A stretch of 45,712 bases of DNA from Candidatus Micrarchaeota archaeon. GTDB lineage: Archaea > Micrarchaeota > Micrarchaeia > Anstonellales > Bilamarchaeaceae. The notes beneath the pieces are model-generated. The model was not told the DNA's origin, searched no databases, and saw only the letters and a program-made list of their open reading frames with translations. The DNA is taken from contig JBDRCX010000001.1 in NCBI GenBank assembly GCA_043821365.1, positions 1-45,712 of the forward strand, written 5' to 3'. Positions 16,926 through 24,633 of this stretch are shown piece after piece. The position numbers were made by a program, and so were the translations under genes. Position 1 is the first letter of the stretch; every line of letters begins with the position of its first letter.

Positions 16926-18101
16926 TTACTGGCAAGACCAAACACCTTCTATAAGAACTAATGCCCCTGGCCCACAGCAATAAACCACATCATTTATGAC
17001 AACATATTGATCATAACCATAACTACAGGCCAAGCACTCTGGTTCAGAAAGATCACAAGATACCGACTCGTTTCCATCAGTTGTAGTTACGTTCGTAGAA
17101 TTGATAGCATCGACATCTATAACGATAAGATCACTACCGTCAAATGTAACTATACCTATTAAATTTTCACTATCTTGAGAGAACACCCCAGCACCAGGAT
17201 AAATATCAGCATCAGTCTCAATAACACCATACTCATAGTTATTTGCAGTTGATTCATTTGACAATCCAGTAACTATTCCTACTGATAATGAATCAAAAGC
17301 AAGAGAAACAACATCTTCCCCTAGAATAGCGTCTATTGAATAACTTGCAGCAGAACCAAAAATTGCATCGATATAAACAAGTGCTAAATTAATGCCATTT
17401 GATGTAAATGTAATGTTTATTGCAGGTAGTGGACCGTCATTGGTTGTAACAGTAACATCCGTGGGATCGCTAACTTGGTCAACTATATCCTTACTTGTTA
17501 GTACAATTGTTTTACCATCTTCATAACCAATTATTACACCAGATCCTATGGCATATGGACTTTTGACAATAACAATTGATTTTTCAAGTTTTGATAATAG
17601 AATAGAATCTATCGGATCATAGATAGACGGAGAATTAAGAACTGAAATATTAAATGAGAGATTTGAAGAATTGTAAGACTCATTACCACTGTAAATAATC
17701 TCAAGAGTATAATTGCCAGTTTCAATAAGTTCTGGATTGAATGTTGCAGTACCATTAGAGTCAGTTGATTCTTGACCAATGATGTTCTTGTTTTTTATCA
17801 ACAGATTGGCGTCTTTTATTGGCTTGTTATTGGAATCAAGAAGAATTATTTGCACAGATATATTATCCCCTAAATAAAACAATTGATTTGAATTTATTAG
17901 TCTTAGTTTTGTTTGAGTTAATGTAGGAGATATGTTTGTTTGATTAGTTTGATTGGTTTGTTCTGGTAAGAAAGTTGTAAGATTAAGATATGCCAAATAA
18001 CCAAGGAATAATACGAGCATAACTAAAATCAAAATATGATTATTGTTTTTTGATTGTGATTTTTTTTCTGGTATTGGTTTTACTTTTCTCTTTGATTTCA
18101 T
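16926..18101 (-). CDS. Membrane-anchored surface protein: Ig-like domain plus inactive trypsin-like domain
   Basis: N-terminal TM; Ig-like (TDSNGTATF, GNYTLEIIYSGNESYNSS); trypsin-like GSGVII...VLTSKDIV, NLALVYI, IETDADIYPG; Cys-rich tail. Confidence 0.65.
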   Translation of the reverse strand: MKSKRKVKPIPEKKSQSKNNNHILILVMLVLFLGYLAYLNLTTFLPEQTNQTNQTNISPTLTQTKLRLINSNQLFYLGDNISVQIILLDSNNKPIKDANLLIKNKNIIGQESTDSNGTATFNPELIETGNYTLEIIYSGNESYNSSNLSFNISVLNSPSIYDPIDSILLSKLEKSIVIVKSPYAIGSGVIIGYEDGKTIVLTSKDIVDQVSDPTDVTVTTNDGPLPAINITFTSNGINLALVYIDAIFGSAASYSIDAILGEDVVSLAFDSLSVGIVTGLSNESTANNYEYGVIETDADIYPGAGVFSQDSENLIGIVTFDGSDLIVIDVDAINSTNVTTTDGNESVSCDLSEPECLACSYGYDQYVVINDVVYCCGPGALVLIEGVWSCQ

Positions 18102-18183
18102 AAGTCGTAATATTAGCTTAACATTTTTAACTAATGGTTTTTTGACTCTGAAAATGATAATAGATTAAGATTTAAGTAAAAAA

Positions 18184-18437
18184 CGCTGAGGGCAGGATTT
18201 TCCGCGCCTTCTAGTAAAAGGTGCTCCAAAATGGCTTGTTGATTTTGCTCCGCAAAATGCGAAAACATTTCCATCAACCCAATTTTTGGAGCGCTTTTTT
18301 TCAAAAAGCGCTTTTGAACCTGCGATCCACGAGGGACACGCTTTCGGGCTTTTGGTAAAAAGCAGTTCCAGGCGTGCGCACTACCAGGTTTCGCGCCCTG
18401 CACGAAAACATCAGTCAGGACTTTATGCGACCTCAGC
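18184..18437 (-). tRNA. tRNA-Ser(GGA) with three introns (D-loop ~14/15, canonical 37/38, T-loop 59/60)
   Basis: Removing 18423-18390 (34 nt), 18365-18343 (23 nt) and 18312-18198 (115 nt) gives an 82-nt cloverleaf: GCTGAGG/CCTCAGC acceptor, G73, CACGC-CTGGAAA-GCGTG anticodon arm, long variable arm, GCAGG-TTCAAAT-CCTGC T arm. CCA not encoded. Confidence 0.9.
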
Positions 18438-18565
18438 AATGAACGATAGTGAATTGATGAGGGCCATTAGCAGCAGCCAATCAGACCTCAACTCATATGA
18501 GTTAAGTAAGTGGTTACCTAGGTTTTTAATAATTCCCAGTAAACTAAAATGGGAGGCGTTTATAT

Positions 18566-19930
18566 ATGTCTAGACTAGAAACTTTTTTTCAAGAATCAAT
18601 TAAGAAAACAGATCCAGAAGTATCTTCGATAATTAGAAATGAAATAACGAGAATGAGTGAAGGACTAGAACTAATTCCATCTGAAAATGTAGTGAGCTTA
18701 GCTGTGCTAAATGCTTTAGGATCTGTTTTCACAAACAAATACTCAGAAGGATATCCAAAAAGAAGATATTATGGCGGAAATGAAAACGCAGATGATCTAG
18801 AAACATTAGCAATTGAACGGGCAAAAAAACTATTTGGAGTACCACACGCAAATGTCCAACCATATTCTGGAAGTCCTGCCAACCAAGCTGTTTATTTTGC
18901 AACCTGTCAACCAGGAGATGTTATTATGGGCCAGAATTTGACGGATGGGGGGCATTTGACACATGGATGGAAAGTAAACTTTTCTGGTTCTTACTACAAA
19001 AGCGTACCTTACCACGTCAAAGAGGATGGATACATAGATATTGAGGAAATAAGAAAACTTGCCAACGAGCACAAACCAAAACTCATGTGGTGTGGTGCAA
19101 CTGCATATACGCGTGAATTTCCATTTGAAGAAATTGGAAAAATAGCTGACGAAGTTGGAGCATATTTTGTAACTGATATAGCACATATATCAGGTTTAGT
19201 AGCTGGAGGAGCACATAGGAGTCCGGTCCAATATGCAGACATTATCACAACAACAACCCACAAAACATTGCGAGGCCCAAGAGGAGCAATGATAATGGTT
19301 ACTGAAAAAGGGTTGAAAAAAGATCCAGAATTAGCTGATAAAATAGATAAAGCAGTATTTCCTGGATTACAAGGTGGACCGCATGATCACCAAACTGCAG
19401 CAATTGGAGTTGCACTTGGAGAAGCATTAAAACCAGAATTTAAAGAGTATGCACAACAAATAGTAAAAAATTCAAAAGCACTAGCTGCTGCCCTTATTAA
19501 AAACGAAATAAAACTTGTAACAAATGGAACAGACAACCACATGATTCTTATTGATCTTACACCTTATGGAAAGGGAAAGGGCATATTCCTACAGGAAGCT
19601 CTTGATCATGCCAACATAACTTTAAACAAAAACACTGTCCCTGCTGACCCATCATCGCCATTTTATCCAAGTGGTGTGAGATTGGGGACCCCTGCAATAA
19701 CAACAAGAGGATTGAAAGAAGAGGATATGGAATTTGTTGGTGAATGTATTGCAAAGATTGTGAAAGAAGTTTGCACTAGATATCAGTTACCAGAAGACAA
19801 AACACAAAACAAGGAATATCTTTCAAACTTTAGAAAAGAGATAAAAGAAAACAAAATTATTTTACAAGTGAAGAATGAAGTGATAGAATTTACTAAAAAA
19901 TTCCCACTTTACAAAGATTTAGATTATTGA
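18566..19930 (+). CDS. glyA: Serine hydroxymethyltransferase (bacterial-like)
   Basis: LELIPSEN, NKYSEGYP..RYYGG, GGHLTHG, TTTTHKTLRGPRG, FPGLQGGP, SGVRLGTPAITTRG. Confidence 0.97.
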   Translation: MSRLETFFQESIKKTDPEVSSIIRNEITRMSEGLELIPSENVVSLAVLNALGSVFTNKYSEGYPKRRYYGGNENADDLETLAIERAKKLFGVPHANVQPYSGSPANQAVYFATCQPGDVIMGQNLTDGGHLTHGWKVNFSGSYYKSVPYHVKEDGYIDIEEIRKLANEHKPKLMWCGATAYTREFPFEEIGKIADEVGAYFVTDIAHISGLVAGGAHRSPVQYADIITTTTHKTLRGPRGAMIMVTEKGLKKDPELADKIDKAVFPGLQGGPHDHQTAAIGVALGEALKPEFKEYAQQIVKNSKALAAALIKNEIKLVTNGTDNHMILIDLTPYGKGKGIFLQEALDHANITLNKNTVPADPSSPFYPSGVRLGTPAITTRGLKEEDMEFVGECIAKIVKEVCTRYQLPEDKTQNKEYLSNFRKEIKENKIILQVKNEVIEFTKKFPLYKDLDY

Positions 19931-19941
19931 ATAGTGAGAAT

Positions 19942-20805
19942 ATGAGTATTAAAAACCAAACAATATTTGAGAAACCAATTGTACCATATGTAAAACTAGT
20001 ATCAAAAATTTTTGGCTGGTATTTTCTACCAATTGCACTATTCTCTTATTTTACAAATAAAAAAATAAAAGTACATGCGAAAGGTTGTGATTTTTATATC
20101 AAACTAGACTATTGGAACCTTCGTCTTTTGGATATACTAGAAAAAAAAGTAAATGATGACATATATTTGTTCAGTTCTAATAAAAAAAAGATATATGCAA
20201 GAATTGCAAATGTTGCAGACCTAGAAGGGGAATATTTTTCAAATAAACAATCAGAGTTTTACAAACATGATTACAAAAACAAACGTGTTTTGGACATAGG
20301 AGGATATATTGGAGATAGTGCTCTTCTATTCTTAGAAAACGGTGCTAAACATATAACTATATATGAACCAATCCAAAGCAATGTTGAACTAATAAAATTA
20401 AATATGCAAGGAAATGAGAAAAGATACACAATATACCCTAATTTTATATCTGATTATGATGGTGAGATGGAAGTAACATCTTTATATGAACCTGGAAGCA
20501 TGGGTTTTGGTATCGAAGGCGGAGAGAATAAATACAAAAAAACTTGTTCAGATATAAGAAAAGTAATTGATTGCAAATACGATGTAATAAAGATGGATTG
20601 TGAAGGCTGCGAATATTCACTTTTATCAGTTTCAGATAACTTAATTAGAAAGATACCTTATTGGATAATAGAGTTTCATGATATAAATAAGAGAAAAGAA
20701 TACAAAAAATTACTAAAAAAATTTAAAGATAACAAGTTTAAAATAATTAAAAAGATAAACCTTAATGAAGAGACAAACATAATCCATTTTAATTATGAGG
20801 TGTAA
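19942..20805 (+). CDS. FkbM-family SAM-dependent methyltransferase
   Basis: VLDIGGYIGDS, IYEP, IKMDCEGCEY, IIEFH. ATG 19942 preferred over TTG 19927. Confidence 0.88.
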   Translation: MSIKNQTIFEKPIVPYVKLVSKIFGWYFLPIALFSYFTNKKIKVHAKGCDFYIKLDYWNLRLLDILEKKVNDDIYLFSSNKKKIYARIANVADLEGEYFSNKQSEFYKHDYKNKRVLDIGGYIGDSALLFLENGAKHITIYEPIQSNVELIKLNMQGNEKRYTIYPNFISDYDGEMEVTSLYEPGSMGFGIEGGENKYKKTCSDIRKVIDCKYDVIKMDCEGCEYSLLSVSDNLIRKIPYWIIEFHDINKRKEYKKLLKKFKDNKFKIIKKINLNEETNIIHFNYEV

Positions 20806-20856
20806 AAATGCAACGGCATTTTTATTTAATAAAACAAAGTTTTATGAGGTGTAGAA

Positions 20857-21351
20857 ATGGGAACGATGGGAGTAAAAATAATAGACATGGACGTAAAGGA
20901 ATTAATTGAAGACTTGAATAAAGCATTAGCAGATGAATGGTTGGCATATTATCAATATTGGGTAGGTGCATTAGTAGTAAAAGGACCTATGAGACCAGCA
21001 GTGCAAGAAGAACTAAAAGAACATGCAAGTGAAGAATTAGAGCATGCAGGAATGCTTGCAGAAAGAATAGTCCAACTAGGTGGAACACCAATATTAGATC
21101 CTAAAGAATTCCAAACAAAAAATACTTGTGGTTACCATGCACCAACAAACCCGCATGTACAGAAAATTCTAGAACAAAACATAAAAGGAGAGCAATGTGC
21201 AATTGTAGTTTACGACGGAATTCTAAAAAAATTAAAAGGCAAAAATGATGCCATAACCTATAACATGATAAGAAAAATCATGGAAGATGAGGTTAAACAC
21301 GAACAGGATTTAGAAGATTTGAAAGAAGACAGTGATCTTGCCAAAAAATAA
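20857..21351 (+). CDS. DPS-like ferritin-family protein (DPSL/thioferritin type)
   Basis: LNKALADEWLAYYQYW, EELEHA..LAERIVQLGG, E.CAI, EDEVKHEQDL; Cys pair (NTCGY, EQCAI). Confidence 0.88.
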   Translation: MGTMGVKIIDMDVKELIEDLNKALADEWLAYYQYWVGALVVKGPMRPAVQEELKEHASEELEHAGMLAERIVQLGGTPILDPKEFQTKNTCGYHAPTNPHVQKILEQNIKGEQCAIVVYDGILKKLKGKNDAITYNMIRKIMEDEVKHEQDLEDLKEDSDLAKK

Positions 21352-21387
21352 TTTTTTTAATTTTATAACTAGTTTTTGAGTTTTGCC

Positions 21388-21409
21388 AAAATTTGCTGCA
21401 GCAAATTTT
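21388..21409. terminator. Perfect 22-bp palindrome between convergent DPSL and tRNA-Gly genes
   Basis: AAAATTTGCTGCAGCAAATTTT, flanked by T-rich tracts. Confidence 0.35.
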
Positions 21410-21421
21410 TAACAAAACAAA

Positions 21422-21616
21422 TGCGACTGCCGGGAATTGAACCCGGCCCGCGAGCTTATTCCGATCGAGCCTTTTGGAAAAGGCTCGACCCAAAACCGAT
21501 ATTCCAAAACCCGTGAGAGTTTTAAATTGGTTTTTTGCGCCGCTTTTTTACTAAAAAAGCGGATGGGAAGCTCGAATCATACCGTTGTCCGTAAATTTAC
21601 AATAGACTACAGTCGC
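21422..21616 (-). tRNA. tRNA-Gly(CCC) with two introns (D-loop ~15/16, 17 nt; canonical 37/38, 107 nt)
   Basis: Removing 21601-21585 and 21563-21457 gives 71 nt: GCGACTG/CAGTCGC acceptor, A73, CGAGC-TTCCCAA-GCTCG, CCGGG-TTCAATT-CCCGG. BHB central helices TTCC/GGAA and GTCT/GGAC. Confidence 0.92.
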
Positions 21617-21707
21617 ATTCTGATGCGATGTCCATTGGCAATAGGACAGTCGCACAGCATACAAAACATGCAAGAGATTTTTTAAAGTTTAAGATAATTA
21701 TATTAGC

Positions 21708-22802
21708 ATGAGTTTTGGAATAACGATCCCTTATTTAGAACTATTAGAGGGCATACCAGGAGGAACAGTAGCAACTTTCATTATTTTGCTTATAGTAATA
21801 TCAGTAGGATTGCAGTTATTACTTACAGTAATCTTGAGAATATTGAAATTTTTAGTGAGAAAGACAAAAACCACATTAGATGACCGAATTTTAAAAACAT
21901 TGAGGAAATTTTTACCTTGGATTGCATTTTTCACTGGTTTGTGGATATCTCTTGAAGCCACATACCCAGATATTATGATAGGGAGTTTGCAAGAATTTGA
22001 AGCATACATAGTAGTGATGCTTGCGATAACAGGTCTTTTGTTAAGCTCTCTTGCAGACCAAATAATGCTTTGGTATGGTAAAGAAATAAGACCAAGAAAA
22101 AAGGATGTTAAAGATGGGGAGGTATTCCCATTCGTAAGGAATGTAATAAAGATTGCAATAGTACTTGTGTTCATTGTTTTCATACTCCAAAGACTTGGAT
22201 TTGATACAACTGCAATAATAACAGGGTTAGGAATTGGAGGTTTGGCAGTTGCTTTAGCATTGCAGGATACATTAGCAAATTTCTTTGCTGGTGTACATAT
22301 ACTTGTTGATAAGCCATTCAAAGAAGACGACTACATAAAACTAGATAACGGGACAGAGGGTACAATACTGAAAATTGGATGGAGAACAACAAGATTGATG
22401 ACTCCTATGATGAACGAATTAGTAGTACCAAATTCAAAATTAGCAGGAAGTATTTTAGAAAACTATTCAAGCCCACAGGGACAGAGTGGTGTTTACTATA
22501 CCATAGGTGTTGATTATAAAGAGGATATTGACTCTGTTGAAAAGCTAATAAAAAGCACACTTGATTCAATACCAGAAAAGAATGATAAGATGAGAGAGGG
22601 AACATCCTGGGTTAGATTTGATTCTTTTGGAGACTACTCATTAAACTTCAAATTTGGTTATTTGGTAAATGGTTACACTAATAGATTTTCAGTGATTAAA
22701 GATGTAAATAGAGGACTTTTCTACGCATTTAAAAAGAATAAGATAAACATACCATTCCCAGTTAGGGTAATTTACCAACAAAAAGAAAAATCAAAGAAAT
22801 AA
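21708..22802 (+). CDS. mscS: Small-conductance mechanosensitive channel MscS
   Basis: GLGIGGLAVALALQDTLANFFAG, DKPF, G.I..IGWRTT, VPNSKL, FDSFGDYSLNF, INIPFP. Confidence 0.95.
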   Translation: MSFGITIPYLELLEGIPGGTVATFIILLIVISVGLQLLLTVILRILKFLVRKTKTTLDDRILKTLRKFLPWIAFFTGLWISLEATYPDIMIGSLQEFEAYIVVMLAITGLLLSSLADQIMLWYGKEIRPRKKDVKDGEVFPFVRNVIKIAIVLVFIVFILQRLGFDTTAIITGLGIGGLAVALALQDTLANFFAGVHILVDKPFKEDDYIKLDNGTEGTILKIGWRTTRLMTPMMNELVVPNSKLAGSILENYSSPQGQSGVYYTIGVDYKEDIDSVEKLIKSTLDSIPEKNDKMREGTSWVRFDSFGDYSLNFKFGYLVNGYTNRFSVIKDVNRGLFYAFKKNKINIPFPVRVIYQQKEKSKK

Positions 22803-22824
22803 AAGGGAATTGAAAAAAACTTTT

Positions 22825-23277
22825 TTATTCAAGCTGTCCTGCTTTCTGGAAAAGCTTAACCATCTTGCTTTTTACAGTTACTGGAATTGGTACAGCAACT
22901 TCAACAAGCTCAACAGTTATCTCATCCTTAGCTTCATCTATTTTAAGGACTTTGGCACGTTCACCTTTGAACGGTCCTGAAGTCATCTCAATGATATCTG
23001 CTTTCTCTATGATTGTTGCTGGTGGAGTATCTGCTTTGATAAGATTTTCTATCTCGCTTACAGCCAATGGTTTTCTTAAAAATCCTTTTACATGCTTAAC
23101 TTTTTGCACTAGTTTAACTACTGTATTTTCATCAGGTGCTTCCACAAATAGATAACCTTTCACGTTCTCCACATGCACTAATGAGAATATATCGAGTTTC
23201 TCTGCACGTGCTTTCTTTGTAAGAATTTCTGCGATAATTTTTTCCTGACCGGATGTTACTCTTATTGTGTGGATCAT
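22825..23277 (-). CDS. spt5: Transcription elongation factor Spt5/NusG
   Basis: RVTSGQEK, KGYLFVEA, KOW GPFKGERAKV, PIPVTV. Confidence 0.95.
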   Translation of the reverse strand: MIHTIRVTSGQEKIIAEILTKKARAEKLDIFSLVHVENVKGYLFVEAPDENTVVKLVQKVKHVKGFLRKPLAVSEIENLIKADTPPATIIEKADIIEMTSGPFKGERAKVLKIDEAKDEITVELVEVAVPIPVTVKSKMVKLFQKAGQLE

Positions 23278-23287
23278 TTTTTCACCT

Positions 23288-23452
23288 TCACTTAATTAAA
23301 CGAAATAAAAACGAAACTATAAAACCAACTAAACCAAACAGAAACATACCCAATGCAGTGATTTTTGCCACTTTGGAATATTCTGCATTCGTTGGTTTTC
23401 TAGAAATATAAAGTATTCTTATACATCTTTTGATTAAATCTTTTAGCTCCAA
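23288..23452 (-). CDS. secE: Preprotein translocase SecE/Sec61-gamma (54 aa; below track cutoff)
   Basis: Manual translation MELKDLIKRCIRILYISRKPTNAEYSKVAKITALGMFLFGLVGFIVSFLFRLIK; TTG start with GGTGA SD; canonical ftsZ-secE-spt5 position. Confidence 0.93.
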   Translation of the reverse strand: MELKDLIKRCIRILYISRKPTNAEYSKVAKITALGMFLFGLVGFIVSFLFRLIK

Positions 23453-23460
23453 TAAATCAC

Positions 23461-24564
23461 CTAACCAATTATATCAAGATCAAGGTTCTCTGAACTTTCA
23501 TCATGTTTTATGATATACTTCGGAAATCTTACTCCTGCAAGTACAACAAGAACACGCATTGATGATTTCTTTATATTTTCATCAACTCTAGAACCCCAGA
23601 TTATATGAGCATCTGGATTAATTTTAGCTGCTGTTTCTGCAACAACATATTCTGCTTCTTTAAGGCTCATGTCTTCCCCACCAACAACATTAATCAGCGC
23701 ACGGGTAGATGTACTGACATCTGCATCGAGAAGTGGAGAATTTAGTGCGGTTTCAACTGCAACACGGGCTCTGTCTTCTTTTTTAGCATCAAGAGATGCC
23801 TCACCAAGACCAATAACTGCAAACCCACCCTGAGCCAGAATTGTTCTAAGATCAGCAAAATCAACATTAACAAGGCCTGATTTTGTAACAAGCTCAGCTA
23901 TACCTTTAACCGAACCAGCCAACACTTCGTCACAAACTTTGAATGCTGTATTTAATGGAAGGTCAGGTACAAGATTAAGGAGTTTGTCATTTTTTATTAC
24001 GATAACAGTATCTGCGTGTTTCTTTAGTTTTTCAAGACCATTTAATGCATTTTCCATTCTTATTTTACCTTCAGAAGTAAATGGAAGAGTAACAACTGCA
24101 ACAGTAAGAGCACCCATGTTTCTTGCAGTTTCTGCAATAATGGGGGCACTACCAGTTCCAGTTCCACCACCAAGGCCGCAGGTAATAAAGACCATAGAGG
24201 GATCCTTTATTGAATCTTTAATATCATCAATTGCTTCTTTTGCAGATTCTTCGCCAATAACCGGATTGCTTCCTGCACCTCTTCCTTTGCTCACTTTTTT
24301 ACCTAAAAGTACTTTCCTATTTGCCTTGACATGTAAAAGGTGCTTAGCATCAGTATTCATGCCAACTAGGTTAACACCTTGAATTCCCATTTGGAAAAGA
24401 CGATCAAGAGTATTACTACCACTTCCCCCTGCTCCAATAACATAAAGATTTGGTTTACTTTCTTCTATAAATTTAAGTATTTCCTCGTCATCTTTGGACT
24501 TTGGGGCAATATCTGCAAGTATTTTTCTTTCTATTGCTGTATCCGGTCTAGAAGGTTCATCCAA
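23461..24564 (-). CDS. ftsZ: Cell division protein FtsZ (FtsZ1 type)
   Basis: VIGAGGSGSN, GAGSNP, GLGGGTGTG, GLVNVDFAD. Confidence 0.98.
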   Translation of the reverse strand: MDEPSRPDTAIERKILADIAPKSKDDEEILKFIEESKPNLYVIGAGGSGSNTLDRLFQMGIQGVNLVGMNTDAKHLLHVKANRKVLLGKKVSKGRGAGSNPVIGEESAKEAIDDIKDSIKDPSMVFITCGLGGGTGTGSAPIIAETARNMGALTVAVVTLPFTSEGKIRMENALNGLEKLKKHADTVIVIKNDKLLNLVPDLPLNTAFKVCDEVLAGSVKGIAELVTKSGLVNVDFADLRTILAQGGFAVIGLGEASLDAKKEDRARVAVETALNSPLLDADVSTSTRALINVVGGEDMSLKEAEYVVAETAAKINPDAHIIWGSRVDENIKKSSMRVLVVLAGVRFPKYIIKHDESSENLDLDIIG

Positions 24565-24633
24565 GTTATCACCTAAGAAATGAGAATTTGATGATTTGAT
24601 TCAATGGAAAGAATTTACATCAAAACATATATA

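Noticed and set aside
18184-18437. Riboswitch (TPP, cobalamin, ZTP, SAM), SRP RNA, RNase P RNA or hammerhead upstream of glyA
   Set aside because: Only partial motif resemblance; the spliced tRNA-Ser explains all conserved segments.
18131-18573. Track ORFs 18131-18439 (-) and 18286-18573 (+)
   Set aside because: They overlap the intron-containing tRNA-Ser; open frames are explained by GC-rich structured RNA.
21293-21685. Track ORFs 21293-21493 (-) and 21437-21685 (+)
   Set aside because: Shadows of tRNA-Gly and its introns.
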